In this document: positions 49,749-59,243 of the stretch, in pieces
Layout: each line of letters opens with the position of its first letter
Position numbering within the stretch: position 1 is the first letter of the stretch
From: Abditibacterium sp.
Lineage (GTDB): Bacteria > Armatimonadota > Abditibacteriia > Abditibacteriales > Abditibacteriaceae
DNA length: 64,000 nt
Direction: 5' to 3'
Assembly (NCBI GenBank): GCA_965199495.1
Contig: CBDASK010000003.1
Location: forward strand, 4,128,001 to 4,192,000
The notes under the pieces: model-generated
Database searches by the model: none
Told to the model about the DNA's origin: nothing
The model's input: the letters and a program-made list of their open reading frames with translations, nothing else
Program-made: the position numbers and the translations under genes

Positions 49749-49951
49749 CAACGGCGCGCCGCCATTTTTCGGTAGCGCGCGACGGCTTGTTTCAACGCCT
49801 CGTTGGGCGCGGGCGGATTCTCCAGCATTTCGATCAGCGCAATCGAATCGCGCTCCGAAAGCGGACGCGGAAACTCGTTATCGTCGCGCGGTTGCTCGAT
49901 TTGGTTACCCGTTTCGGGTTTGTCAATGATGGCCATGATTTTCCTCACCAT
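49748..49951 (-). CDS. Second DUF1778/TacA-like antitoxin
   Basis: LSERDSIALIEMLENPPAPNEALKQA. Confidence 0.85.
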   Translation of the reverse strand: MVRKIMAIIDKPETGNQIEQPRDDNEFPRPLSERDSIALIEMLENPPAPNEALKQAVARYRKMAARR

Positions 49952-49972
49952 TTAGTTTTGCACAAACCCACG

Positions 49973-51223
49973 CTAATTCGCCGGATGGAGCGCAATCCAC
50001 GCTTCAATACGCGCGAAAGCGGCGGCGTTATTGGGATCGCCCGCTTGATAGGGGAAATTTTTGTTGAGGCCCGTCAACTTGGACAGCGCTTCGCCAGCCC
50101 ACCAACTATTGACGCTTGGATCGTCTTGATGATCGCGCAAAAGCCTTAACAAAACCGGCGCGGCGCTCGCGTCGTTGCGCTCGGCGAAACCCGTCGCCGC
50201 CACCAAGCGCACACCAGCCACGCCGTCTTCGAGCTTGCTTTTGAGACGCGGTTCCAACGCCTCGAACTCGGCGCCTTTTAGCCAAAACGCACGAAATACG
50301 GCCTCGCGGCGCACTTTGGCATCGGCGTCGTCAATCAAAGCTGGCAGCGCCGCGCGCACGGCGGGTGAGGCAATCGGCAACGCGTAAATCGCGCGATAAC
50401 GGAGTTCGGCGTCATCGGATTTCAAGAACGGAATGAGCCTTTGCAACGCCGCGTCGTCGGGCATTCGGCTTGCCAGAAAATAAATCGCTTCGTAGTGCAA
50501 CAAAGGTTGCGCCGCGTCATCGTTGATTAAAAGCGCGATTGTATCCGCCCGCCCCATTTTCATCAGTGCAGATTCGGCCTGCGCTTTGAGCGGCTGTTCG
50601 TCAAGCGGAATCGTATAAATCGTGCCAAATTTATCGGCGGTTGGCGCGGGCGCGGGCGGCGCGCTCCGAAAAATGCGGACGATTTCGGGATAAAACGACG
50701 CGTAATCAAACGGGCCGTCCTGCTTTTGAGGAAATTCTGCGTCATAGAGAATTCCAAAACCACTCTTCAGAGCTTCCAAATTACTCACGCCGCGCAGTTG
50801 ACGCGTTTGGTCGTCAGAACGCAAATCATCGTGAAGCAAATTCATCGTCTGCGCGGGATATTTCTTCAGCGTCTTGCACGCCAGTTGTCCGCTTTCGGTA
50901 GAGAAATATTGAGCATTGCCCTGTTTCTCGGCCAAATCCGCTTGCGCTTCCGGCGTCAATTTCTCGTGATCGGGCGTGCGCCAGGGCAAACTCGTATAGA
51001 GAATTTCGCCCGTCAATTGCAGCGTTCGCGGAATTTGCGCCAGCAATTCGTAAAGTTGCGGGACGGCTTGCGCTTGTTCTGGGGCGGGCATTTGCGCGAT
51101 TTGCGTGACCGCGATGAACTGCGCGCGGTCGGTCGCGTGGTTAGAAGAAGCATCGGCCCGCGCGCCGTGGCTGATGGTGAGGACACCGAGTAAAAGCGCG
51201 CTGAGGCGCAGCAATCGAAACAT
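49973..51223 (-). CDS. Secreted HEAT-repeat protein
   Basis: Signal peptide (GARA); HEAT-like units LKSDDAELRYRAI, LIDDADAKVRREAV, LEDGVAGVRLVAA. Confidence 0.75.
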   Translation of the reverse strand: MFRLLRLSALLLGVLTISHGARADASSNHATDRAQFIAVTQIAQMPAPEQAQAVPQLYELLAQIPRTLQLTGEILYTSLPWRTPDHEKLTPEAQADLAEKQGNAQYFSTESGQLACKTLKKYPAQTMNLLHDDLRSDDQTRQLRGVSNLEALKSGFGILYDAEFPQKQDGPFDYASFYPEIVRIFRSAPPAPAPTADKFGTIYTIPLDEQPLKAQAESALMKMGRADTIALLINDDAAQPLLHYEAIYFLASRMPDDAALQRLIPFLKSDDAELRYRAIYALPIASPAVRAALPALIDDADAKVRREAVFRAFWLKGAEFEALEPRLKSKLEDGVAGVRLVAATGFAERNDASAAPVLLRLLRDHQDDPSVNSWWAGEALSKLTGLNKNFPYQAGDPNNAAAFARIEAWIALHPAN

Positions 51224-51293
51224 CGCGCGTTTTGACACGCCCGGTGATGCGCCAGTTCCGATGAACGAATCAATTGTTCCTAACCAAGAAAAC

Positions 51294-51324
51294 AAAAACG
51301 CCCGCGTTTTTGGCGCGGGCGTTT
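51294..51324 (-). terminator. Intrinsic terminator downstream of carA
   Basis: AAAAACGCCCGCG-tttttgg-CGCGGGCGTTT. Confidence 0.7.
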
Positions 51325-51363
51325 CTAACTTTATTTAATTCTACAAGGCGAAAGAAATCATTT

Positions 51364-52479
51364 CTATTCGCCCTTCACCAGCGCCGCGAATTTATCGAAC
51401 AAATACGCGTTGTCCTTCGGCCCCGGCGAGGCTTCCGGGTGATACTGCACCGAAAACACCGGGCGCGTCGTGTGGCGCAAACCCGAAACCGTTTGGTCGT
51501 TCAAGTTGATATGCGTCACTTCGACTTCACTTGGCAAACTCTCGGCTTCGAGCGCGTAACCGTGATTTTGGCTGGTGATGTGAACGCGGCCCGTCGTCAA
51601 ATCTTTGACCGGATGATTGGCGCCGCGATGGCCGAACTTCAATTTATAAGTCTCGCCGCCAAACGCTTGGCCTAACAATTGATGGCCCAGACAGATGCCG
51701 AATATCGGGCGATTCTGGTTTTCGTCCATTAATTGCTGGATGACTTCGATTTCGGCTTGCAGCGAACGCGGGTCGCCCGGCCCGTTGGCGAGCATGATGC
51801 CGTCGGGCGCGTGTGCCAGAATCTCGTCTTTGGTCGCGTTGCACGGCAAAACCACGATTTCCAAATCGCGTTCGACAAGTTCGCGCAGAATGTTGAATTT
51901 GGCGCCATAATCCAAAACCACGACGCGCTTTTTCGCGCCGCGCGGCGGAATAACATCGGTCGGTTTGTCGTCGGCTTTGTCCCAGAAATAGGCGGTTTTG
52001 GTCGAGACATCGCGTGCGTAGGTTCCGGCGTCGTAGGGCGGCAAATTTTTCAGGATTTCCAAACCGGCTTCCGGCGAATGTTCCGTCGTAATCATGCCGA
52101 GCAATACGCCGCCGTCGCGGATGTGTTTGGTCAAATGGCGCACGTCAATGCCCTGAATCGAGACAATGTTGTTCTCGCTCAGATAGTCGTCGCCCGATTC
52201 TTGCGAGGCGTAGTTCGACGGAATTTCGCACATCTCGCGCACGATGAAGCCAGCCACGCGCGGCACGATGGATTCGCGGTCACGCGATGTCACGCCGTAG
52301 TTGCCGATAATCGGATAAGTCAGGGCGACCAATTGCCCGGCGTAAGACGGGTCGGTCAGAATTTCTTGATAACCGGTCATCGAAGTGTTGAACACAACTT
52401 CGCCCGTCGCGGTGCCGGTGGCTCCTACGCTTACGCCTTCGTAAAAGGTGCCGTCAATGAGAATTAATCGTGCTTGCAT
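51364..52479 (-). CDS. carA: Carbamoyl-phosphate synthase small subunit
   Basis: GEVVFNTSMTGYQEILTDPSY, NGPGDP, GICLGHQ, FGHRGANHPV, SQNHG, QYHPE. Confidence 0.97.
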   Translation of the reverse strand: MQARLILIDGTFYEGVSVGATGTATGEVVFNTSMTGYQEILTDPSYAGQLVALTYPIIGNYGVTSRDRESIVPRVAGFIVREMCEIPSNYASQESGDDYLSENNIVSIQGIDVRHLTKHIRDGGVLLGMITTEHSPEAGLEILKNLPPYDAGTYARDVSTKTAYFWDKADDKPTDVIPPRGAKKRVVVLDYGAKFNILRELVERDLEIVVLPCNATKDEILAHAPDGIMLANGPGDPRSLQAEIEVIQQLMDENQNRPIFGICLGHQLLGQAFGGETYKLKFGHRGANHPVKDLTTGRVHITSQNHGYALEAESLPSEVEVTHINLNDQTVSGLRHTTRPVFSVQYHPEASPGPKDNAYLFDKFAALVKGE

Positions 52480-52571
52480 TTTGCTTGGGTAATAGAACGG
52501 AGGCCGTTCTGTTGAGTGTGTTTCAGTCTGTCAGACAAGTGTCGGTCGTGTGTATATGATTTGCTATGGCT

Positions 52572-53870
52572 CTAAAGAACGCGTTTGCCAGCGACGAAAG
52601 TCGCTTTAACGCGGCCTTTCACCGTTTGGCCCAGCCACGGCGAGTTTTTCGACTTCGACGCGATAGCAGCCACGTCGAGCGTCCACTCTTCGTTTGCGTC
52701 GAAAACCGTTACGTCGGCGCGCGCACCAACGTCTAAAGTTCCGCCTTCTAATCCCAAAACGCGCGCGGGCGCAATCGTCATTTTTTCGATTAACTGCGAC
52801 AAAGAAAGCGGCCCATTTTTCACCAAAGTTTGCAGCGAAATCGGCAGACTGGTTTCCAAACCGATGATGCCAAACGGCGCCTGATCGAACTCGCGATCTT
52901 TCTCGTGCGCGGCGTGCGGCGCATGATCGGTGGCGATGCAATCAAGGGTGCCATCGGCGAATCCGGCGATAATGGCGTCGGCGTCTTCTTGCGTTCGCAA
53001 CGGCGGATTCATTTTGGCGTTGGTGTTGTAGCCGCGTACGGCTTCGTCGGTGAGTCCGAAATGATGCGGCCCCGCTTCGCTTGTCACGCGCGCCCCCATA
53101 ACTTTGAATTGACGCACAATTTCAATGGCGTTTTTCGCCGTGATATGCAAAATGTGCAAATGAACGCCGGTTTCGCGCGCCAGAGCGCACGCTTTATAAA
53201 CCGCGATTTCTTCGCTCACGCGCGGCATTCCGCGCAAACCCAACTCATTAGAAACCGCGCCTTCGTTCATCACGCCGCCGCCTTTGCCAACTCCGGCGTG
53301 GCCGCCGCCCGTCAGCGCGATGTCTTCGCAGTGCAGCATCACGCACAAATCGAGCGTATTGGCGTACTGAAAAACGCGGCGCATGAAATCGGCGTCTTGA
53401 AGCGGAAACGCATCGTCGGAAACCGCGACGGCTCCGGCGCTTTTGAGGTCGGCGAATTCGGTCAACGCCTCGTTTTTGGCCGCGACCGAAATCGAGGCAA
53501 TCGGCAAAACGCGCACGCCATTGCCCTCGGCTTTCGCGCGATTCAAAATATCTTCGACGACGCTGCGATTATCAATGGTCGGCACTGTATTGGGCATCAC
53601 GCAAACCGTAGTAAATCCGCCCGCCGCCGCCGCCGCCGTCAAAGTTTGCGTGTCTTCTTTATATTCCTGGCCCGGCGTGCGCCCATGAACGTGAATATCA
53701 ACGAAGCCGGGCGCAACGATTAAATCGGTCGCATCGAACATCTCGGCGTCGTCCGCCGAGATGTTCGGGCCGATTTGCGCGATTACGTCGCCGTCGAGCA
53801 GCACATCAGCGAGTTGGTCGAAATTGTTGGCGGGGTCAATGACGCGCCCGTTTTTGATGAGTTGTTTCAT
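52572..53870 (-). CDS. pyrC: Dihydroorotase
   Basis: PGFVDIHVH.R.PG, MPNT.P, HCED, KMNPPLR, IATDHAPH, SKSKNSP. Confidence 0.96.
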   Translation of the reverse strand: MKQLIKNGRVIDPANNFDQLADVLLDGDVIAQIGPNISADDAEMFDATDLIVAPGFVDIHVHGRTPGQEYKEDTQTLTAAAAAGGFTTVCVMPNTVPTIDNRSVVEDILNRAKAEGNGVRVLPIASISVAAKNEALTEFADLKSAGAVAVSDDAFPLQDADFMRRVFQYANTLDLCVMLHCEDIALTGGGHAGVGKGGGVMNEGAVSNELGLRGMPRVSEEIAVYKACALARETGVHLHILHITAKNAIEIVRQFKVMGARVTSEAGPHHFGLTDEAVRGYNTNAKMNPPLRTQEDADAIIAGFADGTLDCIATDHAPHAAHEKDREFDQAPFGIIGLETSLPISLQTLVKNGPLSLSQLIEKMTIAPARVLGLEGGTLDVGARADVTVFDANEEWTLDVAAIASKSKNSPWLGQTVKGRVKATFVAGKRVL

Positions 53871-54076
53871 AGATAAGGTTTGATGAGGCGGACGCGGAAG
53901 AGCGGAATGTAAAGCAGTTCGCCCAACGAAGTTTTCAGCTTGATGATTTGGTCATCGTAATCTACCAGCGTGCCGCTATCTTTCATTGAGCTATCGCCGC
54001 CGACTGTCCACACATCAACGCGATGACCGCGCAATTCTTCGAGTAATTTCATGAGTTTTTTATTTGAAGGGGCCAT
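53867..54076 (-). CDS. Small hypothetical protein (possible Sm/SH3-like beta fold)
   Basis: LRGHRVDVWT...SGTLVDYDDQIIKL...LYIPLFRVRLI; overlaps pyrC start. Confidence 0.65.
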   Translation of the reverse strand: MAPSNKKLMKLLEELRGHRVDVWTVGGDSSMKDSGTLVDYDDQIIKLKTSLGELLYIPLFRVRLIKPYL

Positions 54077-54260
54077 CGGTTTTCGACCACGGCGAATCGC
54101 TTTTCGAGGGCTTACCTGAAGCTGCTTTTTGAGGCTGGGGTTGCGGCTCTTTTTGTGGTGGCGCCGGACGCGATTTTTTGCGATTGGAGCGCGCGAAAAT
54201 TCTCAATAAGAGCGCGCCTATAACAAAAATATATTTGATGAGATGCGGATCGAATTTCAA
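54060..54260 (-). CDS. Small single-TM protein
   Basis: Hydrophobic N-terminus with Pro/Lys-rich tail; overlaps pyrB stop. Confidence 0.55.
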   Translation of the reverse strand: MKFDPHLIKYIFVIGALLLRIFARSNRKKSRPAPPQKEPQPQPQKAASGKPSKSDSPWSKTDGPFK

Positions 54261-55192
54261 GATTCTTCGCCTCCCATCAACTGATAAAGCACCGCCATGC
54301 GAACAGCCACGCCGTTGGTGACCTGATTCAAAATCACGCTTTGCGGCCCATCGGCCACATCATCCGAAATCTCGACGCCGCGATTAATCGGGCCGGGGTG
54401 CATCAAAATCGCGTCGGGTTTGGCCAATTTTAATCGGCGCGCATTAATGCCATACAATTTGGCGAACTCAGACGTATTGGGCAAATACGCGCCGTTCATC
54501 CGTTCGTTTTGCAAGCGCAGCGTCATCACGACATCGGCGCCTTCGACGGCGGCGTCGCAATCGGAAGTGACGCGACACGGCAATTGCGCAAATTCGGGCG
54601 GCAACAAAGTTTGCGGGCCGCACAACGTCAAATCGGCGCCCATCGTGAGCAAGCCGTGAATATCAGAGCGAGCCACGCGCGAATGCAACAAGTCGCCGAT
54701 AATCGTGACTTTCAGACCTTCGATTGCGCCTTTGTGATGGCGAATCGTCAGCAAATCCAAAAGTCCCTGCGTCGGGTGTTCGTGCTGACCGTCGCCCGCG
54801 TTGACGATGTGAAAATCGTAGCCGAACTTGCCCGAATATGAAGCGGCTAATTCGGGCGCGCCCGAACTTTGATGGCGAATCACGAAGCACTGTGCGCCCA
54901 TCGCGGCCATCGTCAAAAGCGTATCTTTGAGCGTTTCGCCTTTGGAAACGCTCGACGTGGCTACTGTTAGCGAGCTGGTGTCAGCGGACATCGTTTTGGC
55001 GGCCATCTCGAAACTGGCGCGCGTGCGGGTCGAAGGCTCGAAGAATAAGGTGCAAACCGATTTGCCGCGCAACGCGGGCGTTTTCTTGATTGGGCGCGCC
55101 AAAACTTCGCGCATGGCGTCGGCGGTGTCGAGATATTGATTGATTTCGGCGCGCGACAAATCGGCGAGACCGAGCAAATGTTTGGGTTTCAT
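54257..55192 (-). CDS. pyrB: Aspartate carbamoyltransferase catalytic subunit
   Basis: FFEPSTRTRASFE, SKGETL.DT, NAGDG.HEHPTQ, GDLLHSRVARS, HPGPINRG. Confidence 0.97.
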   Translation of the reverse strand: MKPKHLLGLADLSRAEINQYLDTADAMREVLARPIKKTPALRGKSVCTLFFEPSTRTRASFEMAAKTMSADTSSLTVATSSVSKGETLKDTLLTMAAMGAQCFVIRHQSSGAPELAASYSGKFGYDFHIVNAGDGQHEHPTQGLLDLLTIRHHKGAIEGLKVTIIGDLLHSRVARSDIHGLLTMGADLTLCGPQTLLPPEFAQLPCRVTSDCDAAVEGADVVMTLRLQNERMNGAYLPNTSEFAKLYGINARRLKLAKPDAILMHPGPINRGVEISDDVADGPQSVILNQVTNGVAVRMAVLYQLMGGEES

Positions 55193-55201
55193 AACGGCGT
55201 C

Positions 55202-55726
55202 CTATTGGATAATTATCTCGTCCGCGTTGTCCGTTTCGCTCAAATGCACTTTCACCGTTTGCGATTTTTCGGTCGGGATATTTTTGCCGACGTAATCAGC
55301 GCGAATCGGCAATTCGCGATGGCCTCTGTCCACCAGAACCGCGAGTTGCACGCCCGCCGGACGCCCGAAATCGGAAAGCGCATCCAAAGCCGCACGAATC
55401 GTGCGACCGGTGAACAAAACGTCGTCCACCAAAACCACGACTTTGCCCGAAACATCGAATGGAATCTGCGAAACCTTGGGCGAGGCGGCGCGCAAATGAT
55501 AATCGTCGCGATGTAGGGCAATATCCAAAGCGCCTTCCAAAGGTTTGGCGCCTTCGATTGTTTCCAGATGAGCCGCGATGCGATGCGCCAAAGGCACACC
55601 GCGCGTGCGCAGACCGACGATGGCGAGATTCGCCGTGCCGCGATTGCGTTCGGCGATTTCATGGGCGATGCGCTTCAAAGCGCGCTCGATGTCGGCGCTG
55701 TCGAGTAGGGTTTTAGAGTTGATCAA
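55202..55726 (-). CDS. pyrR: Pyrimidine attenuation regulator/UPRTase PyrR
   Basis: [46 protein letters not shown] start at 55726 preceded by GAGGT. Confidence 0.95.
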   Translation of the reverse strand: MINSKTLLDSADIERALKRIAHEIAERNRGTANLAIVGLRTRGVPLAHRIAAHLETIEGAKPLEGALDIALHRDDYHLRAASPKVSQIPFDVSGKVVVLVDDVLFTGRTIRAALDALSDFGRPAGVQLAVLVDRGHRELPIRADYVGKNIPTEKSQTVKVHLSETDNADEIIIQ

Positions 55727-55740
55727 AAGAAACCTCGCAC

Positions 55741-55864
55741 AAAAAAACGGCCCAATTCGCGTTTTGTAGAACGCGAATTGGGCCGCCAGAAAACGCGCGC
55801 ATGGGCGCGCCAAAAAGTTGAATCATGGTTGAACCTTGCGCGCCTCGCTGGACGCGCTTAAAAG
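55741..55864 (-). promoter_or_regulatory. PyrR-dependent transcription attenuator (PyrR-binding loop plus terminator)
   Basis: Minus strand CTTTTAA-GCGC-GTCCAGCGAGGC-GCGC-AAGG (55834-55864) fits the PyrR loop pattern; terminator CGGCCCAATTCGCGTT hairpin plus U-tract at 55741-55785. Confidence 0.88.
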
Positions 55865-55981
55865 AACGAATCAAAGGATAAAGCGAAATTCGCTGGGCGT
55901 CAACGTTGCAACTCGGTATTCGTTTTGCTAAATTCGTAACTCTTGCGGTTGCTAATTTGGGCGACGGCACTCCAAATTCCC

Positions 55982-56647
55982 ATGAACAATTCCGAATTCT
56001 CGCCGGTGAGCGGCGAAACCATTGACGGCGCTTTGAACTGGCGCTATGCGACCAAACAATTCGATTCGTCGAAGCAGTTGACGGACGAGCAGTGGAGCGT
56101 TTTGCAAAATTCGCTGCATCTGGCGGCTTCGAGCTTTGGCTTGCAGCCGTGGAAGTTCGTCGTCATTTCCGACCCGGACAAAAAGGCGGCCCTCGTGCCC
56201 GATGCGTGGGGCCAAAGTCAGGTCGCCGACTGCTCGCATTTGGTGGTTATCGCCGCCAAAAAGACGATGAGCGTCGAAGACGTTGACAAACTGATGCAAG
56301 CCACGGCGGCGGCGCGCGGCGCCGATGCGACTTCTCTGGACGGCTACAAAGGCATGATCGTCGGTGGCCTGAGCGCGCGCACGCCCGAATGGATCGCGGC
56401 CTGGAATGCACGCCAATGTTATATTCCTCTGGGATTTTTACTCCAGTCCGCCGCGCTAATGCAAATTGACGCCTGTCCGATGGAAGGTTTGGTGCCCGAA
56501 AAATTCGACGAGCAGTTGGGTTTGACCGATTCGGATTACACCTCGGTCGTAATGTGCGCATTGGGCTTTCGCGCCGACGACGATAAATACGCCGACTTGG
56601 CGAAAGTGCGCTACGAAACCAGCGATGTTTTCGAGTTCATCGGTTGA
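55982..56647 (+). CDS. NfsB-like NAD(P)H nitroreductase
   Basis: WRYATKQFD, AASSFGLQPW, DACPMEG, ALGFR..DD....KVR. Confidence 0.92.
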   Translation: MNNSEFSPVSGETIDGALNWRYATKQFDSSKQLTDEQWSVLQNSLHLAASSFGLQPWKFVVISDPDKKAALVPDAWGQSQVADCSHLVVIAAKKTMSVEDVDKLMQATAAARGADATSLDGYKGMIVGGLSARTPEWIAAWNARQCYIPLGFLLQSAALMQIDACPMEGLVPEKFDEQLGLTDSDYTSVVMCALGFRADDDKYADLAKVRYETSDVFEFIG

Positions 56648-56663
56648 TTCAACCAAAGCAAGC

Positions 56664-56701
56664 AAGACGGCGTGGCTGCATTAAGCAGCCACGCCGTCTT
56701 T
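56664..56701. terminator. Terminator hairpin built from an inverted pair of the GCAGCCACG motif
   Basis: AAGACGGCGTGGCTGC-attaa-GCAGCCACGCCGTCTT, 16-bp stem between convergent genes. Confidence 0.85.
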
Positions 56702-56722
56702 GTGTCGCAGGTTTCAAAGCGA

Positions 56723-57577
56723 TTAGCGATTCATATTCATATTCGCCGTCATTTGATTGATGTCGCGGACGATGGTGTCCATGCTCGTCATGTCAATCGG
56801 TTTGCCCATGAGCGCGGGCGTAACACCGGGTGGAACCGGCGGAAGCGGCGGGCGCAGTTCGCTGCCGGGCGCTTTGATTTGTTTGGCGACGTTGTAAATC
56901 AAAATCGTGTGGCCCACGATGTCGGGCAAATACTGGCCCGCATAGCCTTTGAGGGCATCGTCCATGCCCGCGTTGGTTTCGCTGGCAAAGAGCGCGATGG
57001 TGTTCTCGTGGTCGGCGGTTTGTCCGGCCATATACATTTTGTCGAAGTTATCGCTTTTCGCTTTTTTTAGCGCATCGTAGACCGCCATGTGAGGCGCGCT
57101 CAGCATCGGCATCATCGTCATGTTTTTGGCGCGCATCAGTTGCATCAAATCGTTCTGCGCTTTGGTGTGGCCCATCAAAATCACCTGCGCAGTCTGGCGC
57201 ACGCCCGCGTTTTTGGATTTATTCAGTGCCAACTGTGCGAAAGTGATTTCGGCCAGATTGCCCTCGGCGGCGCGCGCGCCAAACAGTTGGTCTTGCGCCG
57301 ACATCATGCCGGGCATCGGCATTGTGCCAGTCGCCATCATGCTCGGCGCTGGCGTCATGTTATCCTGCGTCATGTTGCCCTGCATCGAGTTTGCGGGCAT
57401 CGCGTTGGGCGGAGTGGGAATGTCGAGAATATCGTCGGCGGGGCGCACGAAACCGGGCGTCGTTCCGGGCGTGGTGTTGGGAATCATCGGCACCGTATCG
57501 CCCGCCATTTGCGCCTGAGCCGCAGCCGCCAGCGCGCTCAAAGCGGCGGCAGTGAGCAGAGAAGATTTGAGTTTCAT
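56723..57577 (-). CDS. Secreted DUF4142-domain protein with Met/Pro-rich N-terminus
   Basis: Signal peptide (AQA); DQLF...AAEGNLAEI..AQLAL, FDKMYM..Q..DH. Confidence 0.85.
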   Translation of the reverse strand: MKLKSSLLTAAALSALAAAAQAQMAGDTVPMIPNTTPGTTPGFVRPADDILDIPTPPNAMPANSMQGNMTQDNMTPAPSMMATGTMPMPGMMSAQDQLFGARAAEGNLAEITFAQLALNKSKNAGVRQTAQVILMGHTKAQNDLMQLMRAKNMTMMPMLSAPHMAVYDALKKAKSDNFDKMYMAGQTADHENTIALFASETNAGMDDALKGYAGQYLPDIVGHTILIYNVAKQIKAPGSELRPPLPPVPPGVTPALMGKPIDMTSMDTIVRDINQMTANMNMNR

Positions 57578-57810
57578 TGGAGTGAGAAAAGCCGCCATGA
57601 GAAGTGTTGTTGGTGCGGCTGAGAGCGGATTGTCAAATCGTATGCCCCGGATTGACTTAATCGAAGCGACAGGGGATTCACGCGCAAATTACAGGGAAGT
57701 CACCCGTGCCGCGTTGCGTCCCTTGGTTGGCTTTGACGCCAAACTGAAAGCCTCGATGGGACGCAATAAAACGCGACGAACTCCGCCCAAAATCGGGCAA
57801 ACTACGTTCG

Positions 57811-58494
57811 ATGAAACCCCTTCTCATTGTCCTCGCTGCGCTGATTGTGGGCGCTCCCGTCGTTTATGCGCAGGACGAAACGCCGTTGGCAATTGCGAGC
57901 GTGCCGCAACGCGCCAAAAATGCCGAAGCGTTCGCGCCGCGCGGTTGGAAAATCGAGAAAATCGCGCGCGGCGATCTCAATCGCGACGGGCGCGCCGATG
58001 CCGCGATTGTTTTGGTCGAAGCCAAAGATTCGCACGTCGAAGCGGGCGTGCCGATGGGCCGCCAGCGCGCGCTCGTCATCGCGTTGCGCCAGAGGCGCGG
58101 TTGGAAGCGCGTCGGCTTTAGCAACCAATTATTATTGGGCACGCGCGGCGGCGGCGCGTTCTACGGCATGACCGATGCGCCCGTCGAAGTTTCGATTCGC
58201 AAAGGCGTCGTGAGAGTCGGCATGGAGTTCGGTTCGCGCGAAGTCACAGCCACGACGCACCGTTTGCGCTGGGAACCGAAGCGCCGCGCGGTCTACGTGA
58301 TTGGCATGGATTCGATTACGCGTGACCGGGCGACTGGCAATCACCAAGATATGAGCGTGAACTATCTGACGGGCGAAAAACAAGTTACGACTTCGACGTT
58401 GGGCGGTAATGTCGGGAAAACCGTCAACAGCAAAATCGCGCGCCGGTGGCTCTGGTTGGGCGCCGTCAAAGAAGACGACCGTTATACGCTGTAA
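57811..58494 (+). CDS. Secreted hypothetical protein
   Basis: Signal peptide (VVYA); FAPRGW.IE....GDLNRDGRADA. Confidence 0.7.
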   Translation: MKPLLIVLAALIVGAPVVYAQDETPLAIASVPQRAKNAEAFAPRGWKIEKIARGDLNRDGRADAAIVLVEAKDSHVEAGVPMGRQRALVIALRQRRGWKRVGFSNQLLLGTRGGGAFYGMTDAPVEVSIRKGVVRVGMEFGSREVTATTHRLRWEPKRRAVYVIGMDSITRDRATGNHQDMSVNYLTGEKQVTTSTLGGNVGKTVNSKIARRWLWLGAVKEDDRYTL

Positions 58495-58586
58495 CGCGAA
58501 CTGACGTTTGCGAATCGCGGGCGAGTTGAACTTAAACGCACTTTCGGCGTCCGCCACACGCGCGGTTGGAAAGTGCCGCATTTCGC

Positions 58587-59243
58587 ATGAACGCATTGAA
58601 TTCCTGGATACTGGCGCAGGGCGGACTCGCCGGTTTGGGCGTCGAAATCGCCCGCTACTCGCTCGTCGTTTTTTCGGTTGTCTCGTTGGCCGTCGTCATC
58701 GAGCGGGCGCTGGTTTTGCGCCGCATCCGCCGCGACGAAACGGCGCTTTATCCCCAAATCATCGCGCAATTGCCCGCAGTGAGCAGCGAAATCAACGCGC
58801 CGTGCGTTGCCATCGCGCGCGCCGGAAAAGAGCAATTGGAACGCAATGTGGCGCGCATCCGCGAGGCGACCGAAAGCGCGACGACGCTTGAAATCGCGCG
58901 TTTGCAGTTCAACTTGCCGATTCTGGCGAGCGCGGCTTCGACGGCGCCTTACATCGGATTATTCGGCACGGTGCTGGGCATTTTGGCGGCGTTTGGCGAA
59001 ATCGCGCGGTCGGGACAGACCGGCGCCAGCGTCGTCGCGGGTGGCATCACCGAGGCTTTGACGGCGACGGCGTTGGGTTTGGGCGTGGCGATTCCGGCGG
59101 TTTTGGCCTACAACTATTTTTCGGGACGCGTCAACGCCCTCGCGCTGCAAATCGAATTGCATGCCCTCGAAATCGCCGCGCGCCTTGAAGAACTCGCCGA
59201 AGAAAAATTGGCCGCAACGGGGGAGGCGCAAACCGATGCCTAA
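58587..59243 (+). CDS. MotA/TolQ/ExbB proton channel protein
   Basis: STAPYIGLFGTVLGI, GITEALTATALGLGVAIPA. Confidence 0.93.
   Translation: MNALNSWILAQGGLAGLGVEIARYSLVVFSVVSLAVVIERALVLRRIRRDETALYPQIIAQLPAVSSEINAPCVAIARAGKEQLERNVARIREATESATTLEIARLQFNLPILASAASTAPYIGLFGTVLGILAAFGEIARSGQTGASVVAGGITEALTATALGLGVAIPAVLAYNYFSGRVNALALQIELHALEIAARLEELAEEKLAATGEAQTDA

Noticed and set aside
55727..55813. N-terminal extension of the PyrR ORF
   Set aside because: It overlaps the attenuator terminator; the TTG at 55726 with a ribosome-binding site is the more plausible start
57600..57790. Possible riboswitch (GGGACGCAA resembles part of c-di-GMP-I) in a 230-bp intergenic region
   Set aside because: Only a TTGCGTCCC...GGGACGCAA hairpin is visible; the remaining consensus elements are missing. 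An Rfam/Infernal scan would settle it
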